Shown here piece by piece: positions 12,340-24,272 of a stretch of DNA of 64,000 nucleotides. The notes under the pieces were generated by a model that worked only from the letters and a program-made list of their open reading frames with translations, was not told the DNA's origin and did no database searches. Origin of the DNA: Lama glama (Eukaryota); NCBI GenBank assembly GCA_028534125.1, contig CM052816.1, positions 88,414,001 to 88,478,000 of the forward strand, in the 5' to 3' direction. The translations under genes and the position numbers were made by a program. Numbering within the stretch: position 1 is the first letter of the stretch; each line of letters begins with the position of its first letter.

Positions 12340-12790
12340 TAATTCTCTGCTGAGCTACTATATGTAATAGACACACAGCTCAGCACTTTACATACACTAT
12401 TGAGTTGAATGTCCACAACATCTATATGATGCTGTTACGATTCTTTTGTAGATGATCAAAATTAAGAATCCAAGATTTTACATGACCCACTTGAGCTCAA
12501 CCACTCGTCAACGGCAGAGCTGAGATCAGACCCAAGGTTTCCAAGTCTTTCCATAAAAGTTAAGGAGACCAGACATAACGCCTTTTGAATGCTTCCTACA
12601 TGCCAGGCATCGTTGGAGTCTTTCACATCTGGTTACCTCACTTATTCTCCTAAGAACCAAACAAATTATTCTTCAGAGGGAAAATGGACAGTGATTACTT
12701 TCACTTCCCAAGGTCGTAAAGTACCTAACTGTATAACGAAAGTGAAATATTTTTTAATATAAAGCCTATGCACATTCAATTACATGATTT
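12340..12790 (-). mobile_element. Two adjacent MIR copies
   Basis: 12340-12550 (gtagatgatcaaaattaag...ggcagagctgagatcagaccca) and 12585-12790 (tgaatgcttcctacatgccaggcat...acttcccaaggtc). Confidence 0.65.
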
Positions 12791-12924
12791 TACCTTCTGG
12801 CAATTATGTCTTGTTTACTTCTCTACAAATTCTGCCTACTGCCTTAGGCTTTTCTGCAATTGACTACATTTATTAAAATGGGCAGGCAGAGATTTTCTAT
12901 GACATGATTTATGCAAAGGCAGTG

Positions 12925-13300
12925 ACATTCATTAGTTTATTCATGGTACCAATAATTAATTTATAACTCTATCAGGCTTTATTGCAAGAGTTAGGTAAAC
13001 TGTAATAAATAAGTAAAACACTGTATTGGTCTTGATTAGCTCACGCTTCTGCAGGAGAAAGAGATACTGAAATAATTACAATATATCACTAAAAAGATTC
13101 AGTAGAACTGGGATCGATGGCAATGTTCTAAGGGAGCACTAGACAGGGAGCAGTTGTAATGAAGCTGATATGTAAGGTGAGATTGAGGAATGAGACACTA
13201 AACAGCTCAGACGAGAAGGATGGGTAAGGTGGATTACTGAGGGAGAAATAAGGCTGAGAATAGAACGTTAGGTACGATGGTGGCATTGAGTATATGGAAA
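12925..13300 (-). mobile_element. L2 LINE 3' fragment
   Basis: attcattagtttattcat start and L2-like body (agctcacgcttctgcaggagaaagagat...ggagcactagacaggga). Confidence 0.5.
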
Positions 13301-13624
13301 GAAGACAAGATTATGATTGCCATGAAGGAAGAACAAGTAAACTGATCAAATATTTGATTTGTTTTGTCATTCTTTCAATCAGTCATTTCTTCCTCCAATC
13401 ATCTTTTTGGCATATATTGTCTGAGTCATTGCTAGCTACCAGTGATGAAACAGAAGCCCATTACATATGGCACTACTCTCTTGGAATTTCCATGAATGCA
13501 CCAGGATTTAGTCAGAGAAGTTGGAAGAAAATGTTTTTCATGTATGTCACTTCAGAGAACTGCCCCTTTCAGAGCCATGGGAGGAGCTCAATGATGTATT
13601 CACATGGACTGGTGATTTTCATTT

Positions 13625-14648
13625 TTACAAAATTACTGAACAGACTTTATTTTTTAAGTTTACAGAAAAATTCAATACATCATACAGAGTTCCCATATAT
13701 CCCCCTCTTCACTGCCCGACTAAATACAGTTAAGGTATTACAAATATCTTGTATTAATATGGTACATTTGTTATAATTGATGAATCAATATTGATACATT
13801 ATAATTAACTGAAGTTCATAGTTTACATGAGGATTCACTCTGTGTTGTGCAGCTCTATGGGTTTTGACAAAGCATATCATGTCTCACCATCACAGTTTTG
13901 TATAGAGTTGATTTGCAGCCCTAAAAATCTCTGGGCTTTATCGATTCATCCCTTTCCCTATCTCCTCTGAACCCCTAACAAACACTGATCCTTTTTAGTC
14001 TCTACATGTTTGTCTTTTGAAGAATGTCATACATTTGGAATCACACTGTTTCTAACATTTGTAGACTGGATTTCTTTGCAATATGCATCTAGCATTCCTC
14101 CATGTCTTTTTGTGGCTTAATATCAAATTTCTTTTTCTTGCTGAATAAGATTTCATTGTCTGTATATACTACAGTTTAACCATTTACCTATTGAAAGACT
14201 TCTTGTCTATCTCCAGTTTTTGGCAATTCTGAATAAAGATGCTATAGACTTTCATGTGTAGATTTTTGTAAGGACATAAGTTTTCAGTCTATTTGAGCAA
14301 ATATGCACGAGTACAATGTTTGGATTATACAATGAGACCATCTTGAGCTTCATAAGAAATGTCTGAACTGTCTTCCTAAATGGCTGTATCACTTGGTATC
14401 TGCACCAGCTATGATTGAGACTTCCTATTGCTCGGCATCTTCACAAGCATTTAGTATTTTATATATATATTTTTTATTTTATCAATTCTAATACATGTGT
14501 AGTGGTAGTTCAGTGTTGTTTTAATTTGTAACTCCCTAATGACATATTATGTTCAGTATATTTTCATATGTTTATTTTCCATCTGTGTATCTTCTTTGGC
14601 CAGGTGTCTATTTTGAACTTTTGTCCATTTTTTAGTTAGGTTGTTTAT
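13625..14648 (-). mobile_element. L1MC/L1MD-type LINE-1 3' end
   Basis: tacagagttcccatata, ggtacatttgttataattgatgaatcaatattgatacatt, and reverse ORF2-end motifs (gttttaatttgtaactccctaatgac). Confidence 0.85.
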
Positions 14649-14664
14649 ATAATTCACTAGATAA

Positions 14665-14895
14665 AAATGTGGATTCTGGATTTAGCTAACTCTGTATGTA
14701 AATCTTGTCTCTACAATTACCAGCCCTGTGACTTGGGGAAATGTCATAGACTTTCTGTGCTTTAGTTTCCTTATCAGTAAAATGACACAATATTCCCTAT
14801 TTCACGGATGTTTGAAGAATGGGATATTTGTGAGAAAGGAATGAGGTAACATAAGTACAGAGCACATAGTAAACTCTACTAATACACACTAGGCT
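14665..14895 (+). mobile_element. MIR SINE
   Basis: ctgtgacttggggaaatgtcatagactttctgtgctttagtttccttatcagtaaaatg core. Confidence 0.8.
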
Positions 14896-15194
14896 ATATT
14901 TTTGTTGTGAAAATTCTACTGTAATTTCAAAAAATAAAGTAACTTTTCACTGTATAAATGTAATTATTTTATGCACTGTGGACTAATATCTGTGTTGAAT
15001 TTTCTGTCACATTAAAATAAATTCTGTGTGTGCTCTATTAAGACAAAGAAACTATATCTACCAAAAATATTCTTCTTATTTAATGCTACTTAACAAAATA
15101 TGAACAATTAAAACTGAAATACAAAAATCTCATTTTCATTAGCATTAAATATGAAAATTTAGGCACATGCTTAACAAACTCTGTCTAAGACCTA

Positions 15195-15587
15195 TGTCTT
15201 AGATGTCTACTCTGTATGACAAGCCCTTTAAAACTTAGTAACTATAAAGTGCAGTAATCCTTTGCTTATTCATGAGTTACATGATTAACTGGCGGGAGGT
15301 GTCATCAGGAAGCCTTAGTTCCTCCACTCAGAGCTTCTCCATGACATGGGAGCAAGTAGCATCATAGATGGTTCCTCTAGAATAAGTGGTCCGAGAAATT
15401 GAAAGGCACATGGAGCTATTCTTTTTCTGACTTCAAATCAGAAGTCACTTTATATCCCTTTAGCCTCATTCTCTTCATTTACGTAAGTCTCAAAGTCCAT
15501 CAAACAATCAAGGGGAAGAGAATTAGTTTCCACCTTTGGAAGGAAGGAATATCAAATAATTTGGGTGTATGTTGAAACCAGGGCAGC
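15195..15587 (-). mobile_element. MaLR LTR (MLT1F/G/H-like) nested in L1
   Basis: aaaacttagt, agaagtcac, tcaaggggaagagaattagtttccacctttggaaggaagga motifs. Confidence 0.65.
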
Positions 15588-15918
15588 TTGTACACTGGAA
15601 ACTGCAAAACATTTTGAGAGACATTTTATAAAAATAAATAAATAGATGAGGAGATACAGCATGCCTATAGACTGGAAGATTTGTTATCAATTCTGTCTAA
15701 ATTTATCTATATACTAAATGTCATCAGAATGAAAATCCAGCAGGGTTGTGTGTGTATGTGTGTGAAAATTTTGATAATATGATTCTAAAATGTACACCTA
15801 ATACCGGTGCTTATTGAGAAGTTACAGGAGTGAAGACATTATACTTTTGGTGCAAGGATAAATATATAGACAAACAAAACTGAATAGGGAGACCAAAAAT
15901 AAACCAGCACATATATAG

Positions 15919-16304
15919 TGCTACGGACTGAGTTGTGTCCTTCCAAAAGATGCTGAAGTCTTGACCCGAGTATCTGGGGATGCGATCTTATTTGGAAATA
16001 GGGTCTTTTCAAATATTCAAGTTAGGATGAGGTCATTAGGATGGGTCTTAATCCAATATGATTGTGCTTTTATAAAAAGAGAAAACATAGACACAGACAT
16101 AGAAATACACTGCAGGGAGAATGGCTGTGGCCACCAGAAGCCAGCAGAGACACGGAACAGTCTTGCTCACAGCACTCAGAAAGTGTCAGCTGTGCAGCTG
16201 CTGAACTAGATTTCAGACTTCTTTCTTCCAGAACTAAGAAACGTCTGTTGTTTAACCTGCCTAGTTTGGGATACTTGGTTTCTATAGCCCCAGGAAACTA
16301 ATAG
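15919..16304 (+). mobile_element. MaLR LTR (MLT1B/C-like) nested in L1
   Basis: tgctacggactgagttgtgtcc start, tatttggaaatagggtc, taatccaatatga, and tatagccccaggaaactaata end. Confidence 0.85.
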
Positions 16305-16789
16305 AATGGCAAATTGATTTATCAAAGGAATTCAATGGGGAATGAAGGTCACTTCAACAAATGGTGTTGAGACAATTGGATATATGTATTTATATTTATA
16401 TATTTGTATATAAAATTCTCATGCTTATCTCACACAATAAATAAAAGTACTGAAATAGACTTAAACATTAAAGTTAAAGTTACCAAGAATCTAAAAGTAA
16501 TAGGATGCAGTCTTTGTTGCTTTGATGTTAAGCAAAGGTTTCTTAGACAGGATGTAAAAAATACACTATAAAAGAATAAATTTAAGTTCAGTTCCTTGAA
16601 ATTTAAATCTCCCACTTTTTAGAGGACATGCTTTAGAAAAAATAATAAATGACAAAGCAAGACGCTAAATTGGGTAATATTTAAAATCTACATGCCTTAC
16701 AAAGGATTTGCATCCAGGATATAGTAAACGAGCCAGCTCATAACTCAATAAGAAGGCAAACAACACAACTAAACATCATGAACTTTCAG

Positions 16790-17410
16790 CTATTGCCTAA
16801 AATATAAAAATCTGAAAAGAATGTAGATTCCACACCAGCAAAAACTAAAAAGTGGCCAGTCTGTAAAATTATAAATTTTTTCAAACCTAGAAGAGAGCTG
16901 AATTCCCAAAGCTACTAACTGGCCTGAAAGCTAATGATAAAAGCTACTTCAGGGAGATACAGGATGTGAGCACTGACTCATCTGGGTCAGAGGATGGGAG
17001 GAAGATGGCTGACCATGGAACCAGGTAAGGAGAGTCCAGATAAAGTTTTCCAAGGAATTGCTGAAGGCTGAGTGGGCAGTGGTGGCGGTGACATTTATAT
17101 CCTGGGGAGTACAGGCACAAAATAGTCTGCATCCACTTTCAAGCTCATCTCAGTAGAATTTCCCCGTGCTTGAGAAAAATTCAGAGAAAAGAGAAACACC
17201 ATCAGTGGTCCAGGCATGGGAAGAGTATAGACATAGAGCCCTGCTCAGGGATCTTTCTCTACTGAGAAAAACCAAAAGCAAACAAACAAAAAGCTTTAAG
17301 CTGTTGGGTGAATGCTTGTAAGCTCTGTACTCTTGGGAAGTATATGTGTGAAGATCTGTTGGAGCAGGGGCAAGGGAAAATCGACAAGCAAACAAGAAAA
17401 TTGCATCCCT
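16790..17410 (+). mobile_element. Probable old L1 5' region
   Basis: Resembles recalled L1M 5'-end sequence (caccagcaaaaactaaaaag...agagagctga); weak. Confidence 0.4.
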
Positions 17411-18458
17411 GCGAGAGCAAATGAAGCCTTTCTCAAACCAAACCAACTAGAGGTCACCTGCTCTGTCCCTAATGCCTTAAAAGTGCCCCTTCTAGGTCAG
17501 GCATTGAATAAATACCTACCAGATGGTATAGATGTAATCTTAAATATTTACATGGAAATTGCAGAGATGGCTTTGTAAGCTCTTTCACTCATTCCAACCA
17601 TAACTTAGAAAATTTCTGATGGGCGTTTTTTCCTTAAGAAATTAACTGTATGGCAGATAGATCTTAGTTGGTTTTACAGATACCCAGGATATGAAATACA
17701 ATCCCATTAAAGAAAATGTTCATTGTTAGTCTAAATTCAGTAAAGCATGCTCCTAAAATAGAAGAACTGCAGTGTAGTATCTGTATTAATAATCTTAATC
17801 CAATTTTTAATCAATTTAATTTTCTGGTTTAGACAATCTCAAATAACCATTCAGTGTGTCATACTAATGTTACATTCAGAAATGCATTTTAACACATAGT
17901 CTAAAAACAATATTGGAAAAAATTTGTATTTACTCACATAGAATTCTATGTAAATATCAACCCTCCAATGATTCCAATACTTTATTACAGCACGTACATT
18001 GAGAGGTTGTTCTAGAATAAAAGAATCTAAAGCGAGACAACCGGGTATAATGCAAGAACTAAAATCAGGTATTTGTTCAAGAGAAAAGTAACAAAGCTTA
18101 AGATTTATTTTCAGATTACGGAGAAAACTTTAATTTATAGCGACTGATGGATGAGATTATGGTTTATGCTAATTTTCTTAGGTGTGGTGTTAGCTTGATG
18201 ATACAAAGAGATGGAATTTTTCTTAGAATATGCTAAGATAGATAAACCAAAGGTATAAGTATAACAATATTTAAACATTTCTGAATCTATGTTATAATGA
18301 ATGACAATTGTACCATTCTATATTTTTGTATGTTTGAAAAACATATATAATTTAAAAATTAGGGGAAAACCTTTCCTACCAAGAACTTTTTGAATCTATA
18401 TAGCAGATTCATTATCTTCTGGATTTCAATAGTTTCTAAGAATTGAAACCTATGTTTG

Positions 18459-18850
18459 TGTTAAACAGTTCTGGGTCCAGGCAGTTAAAAGAAAAAAGGA
18501 AGCAGCAGCAACTTAGCTGTTTGCTCCAGGAAATACTAGCTCTTGGAAGTTAAGATTATGAACTAATTAGCTTACCTTTCAGGACTAGCAATTTATTCAA
18601 GGTCACTTCAGGATCTCCTCTTATTGGGCCAAACCAGTCCAAAGCATTCACGCTATAAACTGCCAACTCCCAGCTTGTTCTTTGGTTTTCAGTGAAGCCC
18701 TAAAAACTCATATTCCTCCTTAATTTTCCCATTTTGAAACAATACCAAAATCTATCGGGATCGGTTATTACTTCAAGAAACCTAATAAATGATCTTTTTT
18801 TCCCAACAAGTGGGTTTTTTGATTGTTATTTGAGGATTTGACAGTTGACA
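18459..18850 (+). mobile_element. ERV1-class solo LTR (LTR37-like) between old L1ME 3' fragments
   Basis: TG start, TATAAA, AATAAA near 18784, and 3' end ttttttgattgttatttgaggatttgacagttgaca. Confidence 0.55.
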
Positions 18851-20214
18851 TTTCTCAGTTGGTTCATTAGAAACCTTGATGCTAAAGTGACACAGTCACT
18901 GAATGTAATGTGTCAATCTCAACTAGATCTTAATGTGGAGAAAAATAAAATAGCTTAAGAAAATGTTGTGGATATAGGGAAATTTAAACATTATATGGCT
19001 ATTCAATTGTATTATGGATTTTTTTATTTGTATAGGTGTCCTATGGGGTTCACAAATTATGTGGAGGATTATTTTTTCTTAAGATATGCTGATATATATT
19101 TTGGCAAACTATTTTCAGATGGTATAGCAAATCAGATGATGTATAGGGAAATTAAAAAGATTAAGTATTCACAGAAAATTATTAAAATTTTTAAATCTAG
19201 ATGGAGAATATATGCATACTCAATGAATTAGTTTTCAAGCTTTGTTAGAAAATCTAAAAATATGGGAAATCTTTCCTATCCAAAGCTTTGTGGAAACACA
19301 TATTATATTTATTTGTCTTCTGGTTGTTAATACTGCGTACAAGATGGTTTATTTTGAGATTCCTAAAGCTTCCCCAAAAATTACATTTGGATGTTTCAGG
19401 TTGAGAATCTACTGCATATTCTTTCAATATCTCACCAAAGAACTCTTCCAATTTACTTAAATTTTCACACCCATAAATCTGAAAGTAGATATTTACATGA
19501 TATTTTGTTACACTAAATGTTCCACAATGTCCTCTGATAAATTCTTTGGGGAAAAATACACATACACACATACATATCTATACATATACATAAACACACA
19601 TACATTTAAAATTAAGCATTACTTCCTTCTGATATTTTGAATGAAAGAAGGACCAAGTCATAAACAGAGCTATGTAGTCTTTAGTAAAAGAAACAGTATT
19701 TTAAAAGCTTGAAAAATGGCAGAGCTCTCTGCTGAAACTCTCCATGAAACTCATGAATTACTGCCTCTGAGTTTCCCTAGAGTTATTAAAATTTGAAAAG
19801 GAGAGAAGGGAAAAGAAAAAAAGAATTATTCCATCCCAGTCCACAAAAAGACATTAAACATTACGGCATTACATCTGGACTTTCAAACAGGTGAATTAAA
19901 AAGCTGCCCAGAATTGACAGCCTGCTGTCTTTTATTTAACTCAAAATTACTATTCACATCATCTCAAATTCCTGAGAAACGGGCAATCTGGTGTCGCAAA
20001 TGCCGAATGTGAGCAAGATTGTCACACAAAGGTTACTACCATATGTGTCACACTTAAAATAGAAACATAATTTTCTTTAGGAGCAAGGATGATAAAATGT
20101 CCACTAATACTGACTTGTATTGGCGTTTGCAATGTTAAAAAATTAAAAAATAGTCATGGCTATGGTTGATATTTTAATACATTTTTAGCATGTATTTATC
20201 ATAAATAGATAATT

Positions 20215-20340
20215 TATATAGGTAGAATTGTATATAAACACACACATATATTTATATGTGTATATATAACGTGTGTGTATGTATAAAATATATATACAAA
20301 AAACATATTTGTGTAGGTGTATATGTATAAACTATATGTT
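20215..20340. repeat. Degenerate (TA/TG/CA)n low-complexity tract
   Basis: Alternating purine-pyrimidine sequence read directly. Confidence 0.8.
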
Positions 20341-20649
20341 ACAGCCTCTAACAACAAGGAAATGTCTGAAATGTCAGTATTACCTCTTTTATTTTTACAT
20401 TTTGTAAAATTTGAAGACACTACTCATTAAATAGTGTATGCGTTTTTGCAAGAATTATACGCTTAGAATGCAGAAATTTTCAGATTAAGATTTCTTTCTG
20501 TCTAAAAGACTTACACATTTGTAATTCTAAAAGAGCTAGGGCTGAAAGTGATTAAAAAGATCAGGGAAGTTCACATGAATACGAAAGACACAAATTCAGG
20601 GACGTAGATGAAATTGGCCACAGTTAAGGAAAGAAATTCTGTTTATAAA

Positions 20650-21267
20650 TATATTAGTTATCTATTGCTGCATAATACATTTCAGAAAACTTAGCAGCTA
20701 AAAATAGCACACATATATTATCTCACAGTTTCTGTCGGTCAGGAGACCAAACCCAGCTTATCTGGTCCACTTATTCAAGGTCTCTCATAAGGTTGCAATA
20801 AAAATTTTGGTTAGGGTTATGTTCTCATTTGAAGCTCAACTGGGAAAGAATCTGCTTTCAAGCTTGTGTAGTTGTTGGCCAAATTCAGTATTTTTTTTTT
20901 TTTTGTGAGTTGTTGGCTTGAGGGCTTCAGCTCCTTGGGGACTGTCAGCTGAAGGCCACCCTTCATCCCTAGGAAACTGTTGAGAAGAGGTTGCTCTCAG
21001 TTTCTTGCCAATGGGTCTTCCCAACTTAGTTCCTTGCTTCATCAAAGAATGCAAGGCTAGTAGGCAATAGACTAAGTCTATTAAACCAGTTATCATGTTT
21101 ACAATATAACGTAGACATGGAGTGGCATCTCAATCACATTTGACATATTCTCTTGGCTAGAAGCAAGTCAGAGGTCTCACCCATGCTCAGATGGAGGGGA
21201 TTACACAAAAGCATGACTCGCAGGATGCAGAGATCATAAGGGGTCATCTTAGAACCTACTGATCACA
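20650..21267 (-). mobile_element. MaLR solo LTR (MLT1E/F-like)
   Basis: tattagttatctattgctgcata...tctcacagtttctgtcggtcagga...gctagaagcaagtca...ggggattacaca...gatcaca. Confidence 0.85.
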
Positions 21268-23146
21268 AGAGGAAAAGGAAGGAACTTTTGCAGAGAATCT
21301 CTTGCATTATCGCTTGAATCTGAACTTGAGAGACAGGAAGTAGAAAGAAAAGAATACCAACTGTAGATGAAATCAGCAGACCTGCACACAATGAGTTAAT
21401 TTTAAGGAAGAGGAAATTTCTGTTCTCAGCTGAGGATTATATATTGCATGGGACATTGATCAAGGTAGCCTCTAAAGTAACACTTAGAGTCAATAATTCC
21501 ATGAACAAGCCAAAATTTACATCAATAGGAAGTTTACTTGTGTTAACATAAGTGTTTTTAAACCAGCTGTTATAATAGAACATATGCTACCATTTACCTG
21601 AATTAAGTACATTTTTAATCATTTAAAATCAATTATATTAGCTTTTTTTAGGATTTAGAAAAAATATTCAAAATATAAATTGTTTATGAAATATTATTTT
21701 CCTTTCCTTAAAGAACTAATAAACCTTTGTTACTGATTAAATACACTTAGAGCTACTGGGGAAAAAGAAAAAACATATTGACTAAATTGGATATATATAT
21801 ATGTGTATGTGTATGTGGATATGTGTATTTGCATATATGTATAATTTCTACTATTAATATGATGCTCTGAAAAGTTGAACAGGACAAAAAAGACTAAAGA
21901 CAAAACAAGAGCAAAGGTCTTGGGAAGGAGCAAGTAAGAAAATACAGTCTGTAAAAACTATAATGTAAAATGTTATAAACTTAGAAAAGTGTATTTTACT
22001 TACATTTAAATAAGAACTCATTATGATAAAGCTTTAGAAAATAATATTGCTTCCACTAAGCATTTTTTTTCTATAGTCCTGTGTCTCATCAGGATCTTAT
22101 TAGTTTACCTTATCTAAGATTATTGTGTATTTTTGACTATTAATGAGTAAACATGCATTCTTATTAGACATGGTCATCCTTTATGTTTCTTTGCCTACAT
22201 TCTTCACGTTTAATTATTCATATATAATTATGTCTAATCATTCTCCAGCCTCTTGTTTTGCCAAGTCTATATGACATAGAAAATAATAGAGATAATAAAT
22301 CTCATATATTTTCACCCTGATTTCTGATTCCTCTTTAAAGGAATTTTTTTATCCTCATTTCTACCATATCTTTTGGAAATATCTTAGAGACTTCTGAAAC
22401 CCCATCTATATATATAGGGGACCTAGCTTTCTGCTGTGAGTCTATGAAACATTCCTCTGTTCCATGGTCTCTATTTCAATAAATAGAAACAAAATCCATC
22501 ATATTTCCAAAGCCAGAAAGCTTGAGGTCCTCTTGACTTGTCCATCTTCCATGGTTTATACATCCAATCATTCACTTTCTCTTGAATCTGTCCACTACTC
22601 TGTATCTTGGTTGGGTGCTGATGCCTCCATCTCTACATCTGCAGTTCTAAGCCCTCTTTTGTGGTTGAAACTTTAACATCCAATTATATTTTCTATAATT
22701 GCTCCTTGGATGTATAGTAAACAAATCTCCCTTAAAATGCCCAAATCAGACCTGCAGTCACCTCTACACACTTACCCACTTCTCACCAGTGTTCTACTTC
22801 CTAGAAGGTAACTTTATCATCCACTCAGTTGCTCAAACTAAAAGTCTAAAAGTAATTTGCTGGTATGTGTTTGCTTTATTCCTTCACATATAGTGTGCAG
22901 TCATTCAATAGATCACCTAGCACTGTGTCTACATTATATTCCAGATATGGGGAGTCTACCATCTCTACTGCTAAAATGCTCATCAAGTAAGCTTGTCTCT
23001 GGACCATAGCAACAAAGTTCTAAATAATATTTCTGTAACCAGGGTGGTACTTTACAGGTCAGATTGAATTTTCCAAATAATACCTTTGACCATGTCACTC
23101 TTTGATTAACTTCTACCAACACTGCTGATCCACTAGTAGCTTACTA

Positions 23147-23390
23147 CAGCTGACCCTCGAAAAACGTGGGGGTTAGGAGCGCCGACCCTCTGCATGGTCA
23201 AAAATCTGCCTATAAGCTATAGCTGATCCTCCTTCTACAGGGTTTCTTTATTTCCGAGATTCTTCCATAGCCATATCCACAGTTCTACACCCCCGGGTTC
23301 AACCAGTCACGGATTGTGTAATACTGTAGCATTTACCATTAAAAAATACCTTCTTGTAAGTTTAAAACTCTGTTGTTCAAAGGTCAACTG
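23147..23390 (-). mobile_element. MER8 MITE (TcMar-Tigger)
   Basis: TIRs cagctgaccctcgaaaaac / gttgttcaaaggtcaactg, TA flanks, internal ggggttaggagcgccgaccctctgc. Confidence 0.9.
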
Positions 23391-23394
23391 TATT

Positions 23395-23494
23395 AAATAT
23401 GAACATGAATATATGTATGTATATGCATGACTGGGACATTGAGCTGTACATCAGAAATCAACACATTGTAATTGACTGTACTACAATTTAAAAA
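23395..23494 (+). mobile_element. 5'-truncated young L1 3' tail (about 100 bp)
   Basis: Similar to the L1 end at 63340-63445; A tail; 16-bp TSD with 1 mismatch. Confidence 0.85.
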
Positions 23495-23637
23495 AAAGCT
23501 CAACTGTATTGATATCAGAATAAAACGTGAAGTTCTTATTTTGATTTAAAAGAACAAAATAATCTGACTCATCACTATTTATTGGACCTTAGCTCCCCCA
23601 ACTCTTTTTATTCTATCCCTCTGTCTCAGCCACATTT

Positions 23638-24105
23638 GTTGTGGTATCATGATTAATGGATGCCAAATATGCATATGTCCTAATCTCCACAACCTGTGAA
23701 TGTTACCCTATGTGAAAAAAATAACTTTGTACCTGTGATTAAATTAATGATCTTGAGTTGGAAAGTTTATTCAGAATTTTTTGAATGTGCCATAAATGCA
23801 ATTGGGAGTGTCTTTATAAAAAGGAGGCAGAAGTAGATTAGACCCAGAAGAGAAAGTGGCAGTATGATCATGGAGGCAGAAACGAATGCTGTGGCAACAA
23901 ACCCAGGAATGCTGGCAGCCATCAGAAGCTGGAAGAGGCAAGGGCAAGGAATGGAGCCTCTGGAGGGATGGCAGCCTGGTCGGAATCTTGATTTTAGCTC
24001 AGTAACTTTAGATTTCCAGGCTTCAGAATTGTGAGAGAGTACATTTCTATTGTTTTAAAGCACTGTTTATGGTAATCTGTTACAGCATCTGTAGGGAACG
24101 AATAT
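23638..24105 (+). mobile_element. MaLR solo LTR (MLT1D-like)
   Basis: aacctgtgaatgttacc, ggaatgctggcagccatcagaagctggaagaggcaagg, ggtaatctgttacagca. Confidence 0.9.
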
Positions 24106-24148
24106 CTTTACTTTCTTCTGTGTCTGTATCATACAATTTGCATTTACT

Positions 24149-24272
24149 CTTTTTTAAAAATTTTTAACTATAGTCAGTTCACAATGCTGTGTCAATTTCT
24201 GGTGTACAGCATAATGTTTCAGCCATATGCACACAAACATATATTCCTTTCCATATTCTTTTTTATTATAGG
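24149..24272 (-). mobile_element. 5'-truncated young L1 3' tail
   Basis: T run then tatagtcagttcacaatgctgtgtcaatttctggtgtacagc; TSD TTGCATTTACT at 24138-24148 and 24273-24283. Confidence 0.85.

Larger units (their letters stand above)
15085..16775 (+). mobile_element. Old L1 ORF2 relic, interrupted by two MaLR LTRs
   Basis: Collinear ORF2-like segments (gaaactgcaaaacattttgagaga, tggaagattt, ttcaacaaatggtgttgagacaattggatat, acaaaggatttgcatccaggatat). Confidence 0.75.

Noticed and set aside
13294..13776. 160-aa ORF
   Set aside because: Runs into antisense L1 sequence; composition typical of AT-rich non-coding DNA
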